In this document: positions 1 through 8,992 of the stretch, one piece after another
How the letters are laid out: the number at the start of each line of letters is the position of its first letter
How positions within the stretch are numbered: the stretch's first letter is position 1
From: Candidatus Saccharimonas aalborgensis
GTDB lineage: Bacteria > Patescibacteriota > Saccharimonadia > Saccharimonadales > Saccharimonadaceae
Direction: 5' to 3'
Length of the DNA stretch: 32,000 nt
NCBI RefSeq assembly: GCF_000392435.1
Contig: NC_021219.1
Coordinates: forward strand, 510,001 to 542,000
The notes under the pieces: generated by a model
Told to the model about the DNA's origin: nothing
Database searches by the model: none
Seen by the model: the letters and a program-made list of their open reading frames with translations, nothing else
Translations under genes and position numbers: made by a program

Positions 1-665
1 GCTCTATCACAGTACTCACTTACCGACGCCATATCATGCGTAACAAGTATAACTGTCTTACCTGTATTCTTTAGTGTCTTAAAGTAAGTAAAACACTTCT
101 TTTGAAAGTCAGCATCACCCACGGCCAACACTTCGTCTACTACTAAGATATCCGCCTGTGCCATTGTTGCGCAGGCGAAGGCGAGTCGAACTTGCATGCC
201 GCTACTGTAATTCTTTAGTTTCTGCTCCATGAAGTTTCCGAGCTCAGCAAATTCTACTATCTTTTGATAATTCTCATCTATTTCGTGCCGCGAGAAACCG
301 AGAATCGCACCGTTAAGGTAAACGTTTTCTCTCCCGCTAAGTTCGGGATTAAACCCAACCCCTAACTCAATAAATGAGACTAGCTTACCGTCTATATTGA
401 CCGATCCCTTTGTTGGCTGGTAGATACCAGATATTATTTTCAGCAGTGTGCTCTTACCACTTCCGTTTCTCCCGACGATTCCGAAAAATTCACCCTTCTT
501 GACCGTGAAATCAACTCCAAGCAAGACACGATATATGTTATTCCCGCGTCGTTTCTTTATATTTGTGGTTACTACTCTCTTGAGAGAGTTCGTATCTTCT
601 ACTGGGAGGACAAACTCTTTTGTCACCCCTCTTACTGTTATAGCGGCCTCGACACGTGCACTCAT
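1..665 (-). CDS. ABC transporter ATP-binding protein (Wzt/TagH-like polysaccharide or teichoic acid export), C-terminus beyond window
   Basis: Reverse translation from ATG at 665: MSARVEAAITVRGVTKEFVLP...LLGVDFTVKKGEFFGIVGRNGSGKSTLLK, with Walker A GRNGSGKST. Adjacent to an ABC-2 permease. Confidence 0.9.
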   Translation of the reverse strand, partial: MSARVEAAITVRGVTKEFVLPVEDTNSLKRVVTTNIKKRRGNNIYRVLLGVDFTVKKGEFFGIVGRNGSGKSTLLKIISGIYQPTKGSVNIDGKLVSFIELGVGFNPELSGRENVYLNGAILGFSRHEIDENYQKIVEFAELGNFMEQKLKNYSSGMQVRLAFACATMAQADILVVDEVLAVGDADFQKKCFTYFKTLKNTGKTVILVTHDMASVSEYCDR

Positions 666-666
666 G

Positions 667-1494
667 TTATACGTTCTCCGCAAAAAAAGCTGACTTCTTT
701 ATATAATAACGATACCCTAACACCAGTGTAGCAACAGAAACGAGAGCGGGTACTATCGTTAAGAGTAGAGGGTAGGATGTATTAAATGCAGTAATCACAT
801 GGTCATGTGGCACTAAAGCGTATCGTGCCCCTTGAATTGACTGGGTAACCGGACTTGCTAACATTATCGTAGCGATACTCGCCGGTACATACTGATATAA
901 CGGGTAAAGAATGGGGGTGAAATAAAATGCTGCTTGCATAATTACATCCCAGATATGATTAATATCTCTATACTTCACATATATTGCACTGAGAAAAAAA
1001 CCAATTCCCATGGCAAATGCCGCCATCTCAAGCATAAATAGGAAAAAAGTTGGAAGATACCAAGTGAGTGGCACGCCAAGAAATATCATAAAGACAGCCA
1101 CAATTGATAAATTAATGATCACGTTGATCATTGCCGAAAGAGTTGATGATACAATAATGACCGTTTTGGGGAAATTAACCTTGCGAATCAAGTCTCCTTT
1201 TGCGACCACGGCACCTATACTACTGCTTGTAATCTCTGCAAACATATTCCACAGTATGATGCCGAGAAGTAAGTAAAGACCATAATATGGTATATCTCCC
1301 TTTACTCGCATAAAGTTTACGAGAATGATATACAGGATACAAAACATTGCAAGTGGTTTGAGAACGCTCCACAAATAACCAAGTACTGATCCTTGATATC
1401 GAAGCTTGAAGTCGGTTTTCACAAACTCCTTGAGAATTATCATGGAGTAGTTTGCCTTCTTCATTTTTGCTCTATCGTCTTTTATTTTTACCAC
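667..1494 (-). CDS. ABC-2 type transporter permease (Wzm/TagG-like)
   Basis: 275 aa, multi-span membrane protein. LRYQGSVLGYLWSVLKPL and IWDVIMQAAFYFTPILYP are typical of the polysaccharide-export permease family. Abuts the ATPase gene. Confidence 0.9.
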   Translation of the reverse strand: MVKIKDDRAKMKKANYSMIILKEFVKTDFKLRYQGSVLGYLWSVLKPLAMFCILYIILVNFMRVKGDIPYYGLYLLLGIILWNMFAEITSSSIGAVVAKGDLIRKVNFPKTVIIVSSTLSAMINVIINLSIVAVFMIFLGVPLTWYLPTFFLFMLEMAAFAMGIGFFLSAIYVKYRDINHIWDVIMQAAFYFTPILYPLYQYVPASIATIMLASPVTQSIQGARYALVPHDHVITAFNTSYPLLLTIVPALVSVATLVLGYRYYIKKSAFFAENV

Positions 1495-1520
1495 ACTCCC
1501 ATAATACCATTGATCTCTAG

Positions 1521-1529
1521 TGATATAAT
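1521..1529 (+). promoter_or_regulatory. Extended -10 element TGATATAAT located 6 nt before the ATG of the glycosyltransferase
   Basis: Sequence tgatataatcagcctATG. TGnTATAAT at 1521-1529, start codon at 1536. Confidence 0.5.
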
Positions 1530-1535
1530 CAGCCT

Positions 1536-2633
1536 ATGAGAAATAAGGATCGTCTTCGGCTGCGCATATGTGACTCGTCGCCCTACGATAACCAACGTTC
1601 CGGTGTGGGTAATTACTCACATTTACTAAGGCAAGCCTTCGAGGGTTCAAGTAAGGTAGTCCTCTCGCCACCCCGTATTTTCATATCAAAGAAAATATCG
1701 GGCTACTTGTACCGACTAATGGAAAAGCTGTACAGTCATGGATTTCCCGTTCCCTATGATATTCTCCTTCCACAGGCTGACCTTACCCTTTTTACAAACT
1801 TCTCGACATGGCCAACCCTACGCACCAACTCTGTGATGACCGTTGTACACGACCTTACCTACATCAACTACCCAGAGGTTGTCGAGAGAAAGAATCTTGC
1901 TCACTTGAGGAGAGTTGTTCCTCGCAGCATCACTAGAGCGGACACTATCATCACGGTCTCAGAATCAATGAAAAAAGAGATATGTAATGTGTTCGCGATA
2001 CGTGATGACAAGGTAATAGTGACGAGGATTCCACCTTCACCGGAATTTTCTATAAAATCTAATAAGGACGTTCATAGTATTTATCGCATTCCAGCCGGGA
2101 AATATTTTCTCTTTGTTAGCAACTTAGAACCTAGAAAGAACCTTAAGGTGCTTATCAAAGCGTATCGTTTACTCCCCGTCTCTATCCGAAACACATACTC
2201 ACTTGTTATTGCGGGTGGCAAGGGATGGAAATTTGAAGAAACACAAGCGCTGATCGACGAGCCGCTTGACGTGGGTACGGTTTGTCAGGTAGGATTTGTT
2301 GATCAATCCGATCTTCCAGCTCTTTTTCAGAAAGCGTCGCTATTCGTTATGCCATCATTATATGAGGGATTTGGCATGCCCATCGTTGAAGCTCTTGCAA
2401 GCGGCTGCAAGGTTGTTGCATCCGATATACCTGTTTTTCACGAATCGGGCGGAGGAGCTATCCACTATGCTAATCCACACGATGAAAGCGACTTTGCGTC
2501 TAAAATTATTCACGCCATCAAAACACCCCTTGACAATAACGCGGTACGCAAGCATTTGGCCACACTCACTTGGGATAGTAATGTTGAAACTATCCTTGAT
2601 GGATATAGAGCAACCGAAGATCTCAAGAATTAA
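1536..2633 (+). CDS. Glycosyltransferase family 4 (GT-B)
   Basis: 365 aa. YFLFVSNLEPRKNLKVLIKAY, and PALFQKASLFVMPSLYEGFGMPIVEALASGCKVVASD, the classical GT4 EGFGxPxxEA motif. Confidence 0.92.
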   Translation: MRNKDRLRLRICDSSPYDNQRSGVGNYSHLLRQAFEGSSKVVLSPPRIFISKKISGYLYRLMEKLYSHGFPVPYDILLPQADLTLFTNFSTWPTLRTNSVMTVVHDLTYINYPEVVERKNLAHLRRVVPRSITRADTIITVSESMKKEICNVFAIRDDKVIVTRIPPSPEFSIKSNKDVHSIYRIPAGKYFLFVSNLEPRKNLKVLIKAYRLLPVSIRNTYSLVIAGGKGWKFEETQALIDEPLDVGTVCQVGFVDQSDLPALFQKASLFVMPSLYEGFGMPIVEALASGCKVVASDIPVFHESGGGAIHYANPHDESDFASKIIHAIKTPLDNNAVRKHLATLTWDSNVETILDGYRATEDLKN

Positions 2634-2714
2634 CCCATAGTCAATGATTCAAGATGATTAATCTGTACTCATAGTGGCACATGAAAGAAATTTTATTTTA
2701 TACTAATAGAATAA

Positions 2715-3779
2715 ATGTTGTTACTAGAGTATGAGGCTAAGGAGATTATCAATAGAGAAGGGGTTGCCACTCCCTCGTCCTACAGAATCTTCTCTCATGA
2801 CACATCTCCTACTACTGTTTCTTTTCCTTGTGTCATAAAATCACAGGTTCCTACTGGCGGCAGAGGAGAAGCCGGTGGAATATGGGTTGCTGAGAGTAAA
2901 AAACAGCTTCTCGGCATAACTCAGGCATTATTTTCGCTCTCTATAGGGGGTTACACACCTTCAAGCCTTTTGATCGAGGAACAGTTAGAGATTGAGCGAG
3001 AATTATACCTTTCACTGTCGCTCAATCGCTTAACAGCCTCAATTGAACTAGTTGCGCACGCTCATGGTGGCGTCGAAATCGAATCACGAGATGATTTTTT
3101 TACCGCTCAGCTGGACGAACGCGAGTTCAGTAAGGTTGGTGAATCCCTGGCGGAGATATACTCTCTAGAGAATAAAGCTTTTTTGCTCTCCGAACTTGTG
3201 GCGATTCTTTATCAAGTATTTTGTAAACAGGACGCCATTCTTCTTGAGATAAACCCTCTTGTTCTTACTTCATCTGGTGACCTTGTGACGGCAGATTGTA
3301 AAATGATCGTTGATGACGATGCCGCGTTTCGTCACCCCGATTGGTCGTTTGAGGAAATGAGCAAACCAAGCAACTATGTGGTATTAAACGAATATGGTAC
3401 CGTCGCAACAATGGCAAATGGAGCAGGTCTTGCAATGGCGACTGTTGACACGGTTCAGGCCTCAGGGTTGGTGCCAGCAAATTTTTTGGATATTGGCGGT
3501 GCCGCAACTATTGAAAGTATTGCTAATTGCTTTGAAAAAATTGTGGAACTACCAAAGATTTCAGCGATCGTTATCAATATTTTCGGCGGAATCGTCCGCT
3601 GCGACGATGTGGCAAGAGCTATCATTGCGGCTCGGCAGCAAATACCATCTTTACCAAAGCTGTATATTCGACTCGCGGGTACAAATGCCAATGAAGCCGA
3701 ATTAATTCTTGGCGAGAGCGGAATTACCTTGTATAAAACCATCGAAGAAGCTATTAAGGAGCTATCTCAAAATGGATAA
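2715..3779 (+). CDS. sucC: Succinyl-CoA synthetase (ADP-forming) beta subunit-like
   Basis: 354 aa. LLEYEAKEI...IKSQVPTGGRGEAGG, ILLEINPLV, NGAGLAMATVDTV, PANFLDIGGAAT, NIFGGIVRCDDVA all align by eye to SucC. Confidence 0.9.
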   Translation: MLLLEYEAKEIINREGVATPSSYRIFSHDTSPTTVSFPCVIKSQVPTGGRGEAGGIWVAESKKQLLGITQALFSLSIGGYTPSSLLIEEQLEIERELYLSLSLNRLTASIELVAHAHGGVEIESRDDFFTAQLDEREFSKVGESLAEIYSLENKAFLLSELVAILYQVFCKQDAILLEINPLVLTSSGDLVTADCKMIVDDDAAFRHPDWSFEEMSKPSNYVVLNEYGTVATMANGAGLAMATVDTVQASGLVPANFLDIGGAATIESIANCFEKIVELPKISAIVINIFGGIVRCDDVARAIIAARQQIPSLPKLYIRLAGTNANEAELILGESGITLYKTIEEAIKELSQNG

Positions 3780-4638
3780 ATCAGTCTTTTTAGGAAAACG
3801 AGTAGTGGTACAGGGGATAACCGGCAGGCAGGGCAGATTTCATACTCAACGAATGCTTGAGTATGGAAGTTCGATTATCGCCGGTACTTCTCTATCAAAA
3901 GCTGGTACACGTGTGTGCGGCATACCGGTCTTTGCGTCGCTTGACGATATCAAGCAGCAGTTCTCGATTTCGATCGATATCTCTGTTATATTTGTGCCCG
4001 CACCCACAGCAAAAGCCGCCGTTATGGAGGCAATTAGAGCACAGGTCCCACTTATCGTCTGTATTACCGAACATATTCCTGTTCACGATATGTTGTATAT
4101 ACGGCAACAACTTGCCCATTCACAGTCGGTACTGATCGGCCCCAATAGTCCCGGGGTTCTGATGCCGGATAAGCAACTACTTGGTATTATCCCTGGTAGT
4201 TTTTCTACCGTGGGGACGACCGCAGTCGTAAGTCGAAGCGGTACCTTGACATATGAGGTGATGAGCCTGCTTACAGGGGCTGGTTTTGGCCAAAAATATA
4301 TTATTGGCATCGGTGGTGACATGATTCAGGGCAGCTCTTTCGTGGACTGTCTCGAGCTATTTGAACATGATGATGGTGTTGAACGAATACTACTCATCGG
4401 TGAGGTCGGTGGAACTGCCGAGATAGCCGCGGCTGATTATATTGCGTCATCAATGAGTAAACCAGTGTATGCCTATATAGCGGGGCAATGCGCTCCCCCG
4501 GGCGTACAACTTGGCCACGCTGGAGCCATCCTGGGTACTAATGCGCTCGAGAGCGCTCAGGCAAAGACCACGTACCTGGGCCGCTCAGGTGCGGTCACTG
4601 CCTCTAATCTTTCCCAGCTTATATCGATGATGAAATAG
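3772..4638 (+). CDS. sucD: Succinyl-CoA synthetase alpha subunit-like (the ORF track start at 3709 is probably too long)
   Basis: Starts MDKSVFLGKRVVVQGITGRQGRFHTQRMLEYG. Contains VVSRSGTLTYE and the phospho-histidine motif GHAGAI. Overlaps the sucC 3' end by 8 nt. Confidence 0.9.
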   Translation: MDKSVFLGKRVVVQGITGRQGRFHTQRMLEYGSSIIAGTSLSKAGTRVCGIPVFASLDDIKQQFSISIDISVIFVPAPTAKAAVMEAIRAQVPLIVCITEHIPVHDMLYIRQQLAHSQSVLIGPNSPGVLMPDKQLLGIIPGSFSTVGTTAVVSRSGTLTYEVMSLLTGAGFGQKYIIGIGGDMIQGSSFVDCLELFEHDDGVERILLIGEVGGTAEIAAADYIASSMSKPVYAYIAGQCAPPGVQLGHAGAILGTNALESAQAKTTYLGRSGAVTASNLSQLISMMK

Positions 4639-4653
4639 CGTATACTAACATAT

Positions 4654-5604
4654 ATGAAGAAGTTGATTACAATACTTGTGCCTGCCTACAACGAGGAAGA
4701 GGTGTTACCCCTCCTCATGAAGCGGCTCGATAGCTTGACTGGCCAGTTGCCCAACTATAGTTGGGAGTTGTTATTCATCAACGACGGTAGTAAAGACAAG
4801 ACCGACGAAATGCTGCGCTCCTATGCAGAAAGTGATAGCCGCATCTCGTACGTTAATTTTTCACGAAACTTTGGCAAAGAAGCCGCGCTAATCGCTGGCT
4901 TTGACTACGCAAAAGGTGATGCTGTCGTCAATATCGATGCCGATCTACAAGACCCGCCGGAGCTTATTCCAGAGATGATTCGCTATTGGGAAGAAGGCTA
5001 CGATGACGTCTACGCAAAACGTCGCAGTCGCGCCGGTGAGACGTGGTTCAAGAAATTCTCGAGCCGCACCTACTACCGCATTCTCCAATCATCAACGCTG
5101 GTGCCACTCCAGGTTGATACGGGCGATTTCCGGCTCCTTAGTAAACGAGCCGTAGAGGCGATGAAGCAGTTTAGAGAGAGTGAGCGCTACACAAAAGGGA
5201 TGTTTAGTTGGATTGGTTTTAAGAAAAAAGAACTCTTATATGATCGTGATCCTCGGGCAGCGGGAATGGCAAAGCAAAATTATCGCAAGTTAATCAATCT
5301 CGCCATCGATGGCATCACCAGCCTCACCACTGCGCCGCTGCGCATCTCGACATATGTCGGTGCTTTCACCTCATTTGTGGCGTTTGTGTATATTGTTTAC
5401 CTACTTGTTCGTCCGTTGTTTGGAGTCCCGACCGTGCCAGGCTACGCCTCAACTTTGGCAGTGATATTGTTTCTCGGCGGTATTCAACTCCTCAGTCTCG
5501 GCATCATCGGCGAATATGTAGGACGAATATTTAACGAAACGAAGCGCCGCCCGCTGTATTTCGTCGAGACCTATCACGAAGGAGCGCATCATACTAAAAA
5601 ATAA
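4654..5604 (+). CDS. Glycosyltransferase family 2 (GtrB / dolichol-phosphate mannosyltransferase-like) with C-terminal TM helices
   Basis: ITILVPAYNEEEVLPLL, LLFINDGSKDKT, VNIDADLQDPPELI, DTGDFRLLSKRAV, and two C-terminal hydrophobic segments. Confidence 0.93.
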   Translation: MKKLITILVPAYNEEEVLPLLMKRLDSLTGQLPNYSWELLFINDGSKDKTDEMLRSYAESDSRISYVNFSRNFGKEAALIAGFDYAKGDAVVNIDADLQDPPELIPEMIRYWEEGYDDVYAKRRSRAGETWFKKFSSRTYYRILQSSTLVPLQVDTGDFRLLSKRAVEAMKQFRESERYTKGMFSWIGFKKKELLYDRDPRAAGMAKQNYRKLINLAIDGITSLTTAPLRISTYVGAFTSFVAFVYIVYLLVRPLFGVPTVPGYASTLAVILFLGGIQLLSLGIIGEYVGRIFNETKRRPLYFVETYHEGAHHTKK

Positions 5605-6004
5605 GCGCCAAGTTGGTCGCTTCGGCCTGGTGGGAATTATCAACACCGCGCTTGATATCGGCATCTTGTTTGTGTTGAAGTCACTCGGTGTACCGGTTAG
5701 CTATGCAAACGTTGTCTCAACTTCTGTTGCCTTTTGCTTCAGCTTTTTTGCAAACAAACTCTATACGTTTAACGGTCGCGAGGGCAATGTTGTACGCCAG
5801 ATGACATTGTTTATTGTCGTAACCCTATTTGGACTGTGGGTGCTACAAACCATTGTTATACAACTGACGCTTCCGCTTTGGGGCACACTCTTTAGCAACG
5901 GTCAACTCGCACTCCTTGCAGCCAAATTAGCTGCTACCATTGTGTCGCTTTCATGGAATTACACCCTCTACGAAAAACTAGTGTTTGCAAAGAAAGAACC
6001 TTAG
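5591..6004 (+). CDS. GtrA-like family membrane protein. The ORF track start (GTG 5630) is probably too late; start proposed at ATA 5591 (or ATC 5588).
   Basis: In-frame upstream sequence reads ILKNKRQVGRFGLVGIINTALDIGILFVLK, restoring the typical GtrA N-terminus (RFxLVGxxNTxxD). AAGGAG lies just upstream at about 5579-5584. Confidence 0.75.
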   Translation: MLKNKRQVGRFGLVGIINTALDIGILFVLKSLGVPVSYANVVSTSVAFCFSFFANKLYTFNGREGNVVRQMTLFIVVTLFGLWVLQTIVIQLTLPLWGTLFSNGQLALLAAKLAATIVSLSWNYTLYEKLVFAKKEP

Positions 6005-6005
6005 G

Positions 6006-6407
6006 TTACTGCTTCAAAGAGGTGCCAACCCCATAGGCAATGTCTATTCCGTAGCGTAAGCAGACTGTAGCCTCGGGGTTAAACTTATCGGAATCTCTGT
6101 CACCACCCTGAGCAAAGATAAGCTGGTCGTCTTTATACTTCTCGTCAGTAGCTATGCTCTGCATCGTTTCGACTACTGGTGGGTCGTTGTCAATGGCTAG
6201 TATCACTTCATCAACAGCGCGCAGCGCCTTCATGATTCGATAGCGCTCATTTTCATTGAGTACGATCTTCCCCTTTTTTATGAGTTGCTGCTTGTCATTA
6301 TTTACAATAACAATCAGCCGATCACCGAGTGCCTTAGCACCTTCAATGAGATCGAGATGTCCACCGTGAAGCGGGCTGAAGTAACCACTAATAATAACTG
6401 TCTTCAT
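6006..6407 (-). CDS. Cytidylyltransferase-like nucleotidyltransferase (glycerol-3-phosphate cytidylyltransferase/RfaE-like)
   Basis: 133 aa. IISGYFSPLHGGHLDLIEGAKALGDRLIVIVNND is the HxGH-type nucleotidyltransferase motif. Confidence 0.85.
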   Translation of the reverse strand: MKTVIISGYFSPLHGGHLDLIEGAKALGDRLIVIVNNDKQQLIKKGKIVLNENERYRIMKALRAVDEVILAIDNDPPVVETMQSIATDEKYKDDQLIFAQGGDRDSDKFNPEATVCLRYGIDIAYGVGTSLKQ

Positions 6408-6539
6408 ATCATCAGTGTATCACAGCTCGCCCCGACAACCAGTTAGGTATTTGTTGTAAATTGGGTTCTAGCGTTTCGCCGTAAACACTCTTATAATAGG
6501 ATGAGAAATTCTGGAGGAACTAATGCACTGTAGGTATCT

Positions 6540-7886
6540 ATGTCCGATCTTATAAACAAAAAGTTGATCGATAAAGTCGCCAAGGCAACCTTTGTTCATA
6601 TTGTCACGATTGGCACTAAGCCCGATATCATCAAACAAGCCCCTCTCTACCATGAACTCATCAAGCGCGGCGAAACCGTGCTTCTATTTCACACCGGCCA
6701 ACATTACGATTACCGTTATAGTGGTGGTGTTGAGGAAGAGTTTGGCCTTGATGTCGATGTACGACTAAGTATCGATGGCAGCCTCGCTCAAAAAACAGCA
6801 CAAATGATTGATCAATTTGGCACTATTTTAACCTATTTGCTCGAACAGAAAAAAATACCTATTCCGTATGTTCATGGTGACACATCAACCGCTTCGGCAA
6901 TTGCCTATTCTGCAATGCTTCACGGGGTTGCATGCGTTCACGTCGAGGCGGGTATCCGTACTCTCACCCCGCGCGAAGCGATCTATCATTATTTTTACAA
7001 AGAATTTAAAGAGAATCGATTTGACTGGAACGAGTATTACCTCACGATGCAGGATATCGATACCTATAGCCGCGGTAGTATGGAGCCCTACCCCGAGCAA
7101 GTCAATACCCGCATGATCGAGCCAGCTTCGGGATTTTATGCGACACCTGTAGAAATTACAAAGGAGTTTTTGCTTTCAGAAGGATTTGAGGAATCAAAGA
7201 TAAGTGTTGTAGGAAACACAATAGCAGACCCCACACTTAAGGCGCTTCGAGAAGCTGAGAGCTCAGATATTTTTAGCCATTACCCACTCCTTGAGGCGGG
7301 TAACTTCGTCATGGTGTCGATTCATCGGCGCGAAACATTGAATGACAGGATGCGTTTTGTTGCAATTATGGACGCGCTTGAACTACTCGTGAAAGATGGT
7401 ATCAGGGTACTTTTTCTGTCGCTTAATGGTACAGAGCAGGCACTAGACCGATATAAACTCCGTACCAAAGTAATGAGCCTCGTAAAGAAATACCCCGAGT
7501 TGTTTATTTACTCTGAGGCATGGGCATACCACAAGGATGTTATTGCCGCCATGCGCCGCAGCGCGGTGGTAGCTTCTGATTCTGGCGGCTTTCAGGAAGA
7601 GGCAAATATTGTTGGGGTACCCTGCGTCACACTACGATATGGCTCCGATAGGGGTGAGTCGTTTATCGCAGGCGCAAATGTCCCCGCTCCTCCATTTGAT
7701 AGTGCCTTTATCGTCAGTATCATAAAGGGGGCCATGAATAATCAAGATATGATCTCAGTCGGTAATATTTATGGTGAGAATGTTTCAAAAAAGATCGTCG
7801 ATGGTGTATTGTCTCATCTTGATCCAGAAACTGGATTTTATATGCGCGAAGAACGCCGACTTGGGTTTACCTCATTTACTCAATAG
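6540..7886 (+). CDS. wecB: UDP-N-acetylglucosamine 2-epimerase
   Basis: 448 aa. HTGQHYDY, VHGDTSTASAIAYSAM, VHVEAGIRT, VSIHRRETL, ASDSGGFQEEA are family signatures. Contains an unusual insertion after EAGIRT. Confidence 0.87.
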   Translation: MSDLINKKLIDKVAKATFVHIVTIGTKPDIIKQAPLYHELIKRGETVLLFHTGQHYDYRYSGGVEEEFGLDVDVRLSIDGSLAQKTAQMIDQFGTILTYLLEQKKIPIPYVHGDTSTASAIAYSAMLHGVACVHVEAGIRTLTPREAIYHYFYKEFKENRFDWNEYYLTMQDIDTYSRGSMEPYPEQVNTRMIEPASGFYATPVEITKEFLLSEGFEESKISVVGNTIADPTLKALREAESSDIFSHYPLLEAGNFVMVSIHRRETLNDRMRFVAIMDALELLVKDGIRVLFLSLNGTEQALDRYKLRTKVMSLVKKYPELFIYSEAWAYHKDVIAAMRRSAVVASDSGGFQEEANIVGVPCVTLRYGSDRGESFIAGANVPAPPFDSAFIVSIIKGAMNNQDMISVGNIYGENVSKKIVDGVLSHLDPETGFYMREERRLGFTSFTQ

Positions 7887-7897
7887 CGAGAAAAGAT

Positions 7898-8992
7898 ATG
7901 CATATTGTTATCGAAGCACGCAATATAAACAGTTCGACCGGGCGCTATATTGAGCGCCTTGTGACGTATTTGCAAAAGATCGATACTACCAATACCTATT
8001 CAATCCTTGTCCCAACCAAGGATAAAGACTTCTGGAAACCCACAGCAAAAAACTTTAGTGTCAGGACGATTGATTTTGATAATTATTCGTTCGGTGAGCA
8101 ACTTGGCTTCAAGCGATACCTTAAGAAACTAAAGCCGGATCTTGTACATTTTACTATGCCGCAACAGCCGATCTTTTATCGCGGCAAGTCGGTTACAACA
8201 TTTCATGATCTCACCCTCCTCAAAACCTGGAACACTGATAAAAACTGGCTTGTGTATCACATAAAGCAGTTGGTGGGGAGGTTTGCCTTCTATTATACAG
8301 CTCACAATACAACCAGGATTATTGTTCCCTCTCAGTACACAAAAAGGGATTTATTATCTTTTAGCGGTATTACACCCAGCAAAATAACTGTTACGTATGA
8401 GGCGGCGGATGTTAGCCCGACTCGTCCGCGCGTTTACAAGACTCCTTTTAGTGAGTTCCTTTTGTACGTCGGTCAGCAAGCCGACTACAAGAATATTCGC
8501 CGTCTCGCCGAAGCACATCAACGACTCCTCCTAGACCACCCAACACTTGGGCTAATTTTAGCAGGTCGACTAAAAGATGATGCGAAGGCAAACCAGGCGT
8601 TCTTCAAAAAGCAAGGTTATAAAAATATTCATTTCACTGACTATATCTCTGACGAGGAGCGTGATTGGCTATATGCTCACTGCGCAGCTTATTGCTTCCC
8701 TAGTCTCATGGAAGGGTTTGGGCTTCCTGGTCTAGAAGCAATGACCTACGGGGCACCAGTTGTCGCGAGTAACGCGACCTGTATACCAGAGATACTCGGT
8801 GATGCCGCGCTATATTTTGATCCAAATAATACCGATGATATGGCTCAAACGATTGGACGCGTATTGGACGATCCAACCCTCAGAAAAGAGTTAATTGATC
8901 GTGGCCATAAACAAATAAAGAAGTATTCCTGGAAGCGAATGGCACAACAAACCCATGATGTCTACACTAGGGCAATCAACTCAAAGGGTTAG
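7898..8992 (+). CDS. Glycosyltransferase family 4 (GT-B)
   Basis: 364 aa. FLLYVGQQADYKNIRRLAEAH, and LYAHCAAYCFPSLMEGFGLPGLEAMTYGAPVVASNATCIPEILGDAALYFDP. Confidence 0.93.
   Translation: MHIVIEARNINSSTGRYIERLVTYLQKIDTTNTYSILVPTKDKDFWKPTAKNFSVRTIDFDNYSFGEQLGFKRYLKKLKPDLVHFTMPQQPIFYRGKSVTTFHDLTLLKTWNTDKNWLVYHIKQLVGRFAFYYTAHNTTRIIVPSQYTKRDLLSFSGITPSKITVTYEAADVSPTRPRVYKTPFSEFLLYVGQQADYKNIRRLAEAHQRLLLDHPTLGLILAGRLKDDAKANQAFFKKQGYKNIHFTDYISDEERDWLYAHCAAYCFPSLMEGFGLPGLEAMTYGAPVVASNATCIPEILGDAALYFDPNNTDDMAQTIGRVLDDPTLRKELIDRGHKQIKKYSWKRMAQQTHDVYTRAINSKG

Noticed and set aside
448-693. 81-aa plus-strand ORF
   Set aside because: Antisense to the ABC ATPase gene, which carries a clear Walker A motif on the minus strand.
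3265-4322. Cluster of small ORFs within sucC/sucD (3265-3507, 3394-3705, 3455-3742, 3857-4135, 3895-4119, 4083-4322)
   Set aside because: All nested or antisense within two genes with clear family motifs.
2715-4638. Possibility that sucCD are decaying pseudogenes in a reduced genome
   Set aside because: Both frames are open to full length and retain catalytic-site motifs, with a normal translational overlap.
6540-7886. Frameshift-split wecB explaining the SD/start mismatch
   Set aside because: MHCRYLCPIL adds no recognisable WecB N-terminal sequence, and WecB is complete from ATG 6540; still listed as a check under the uORF finding.
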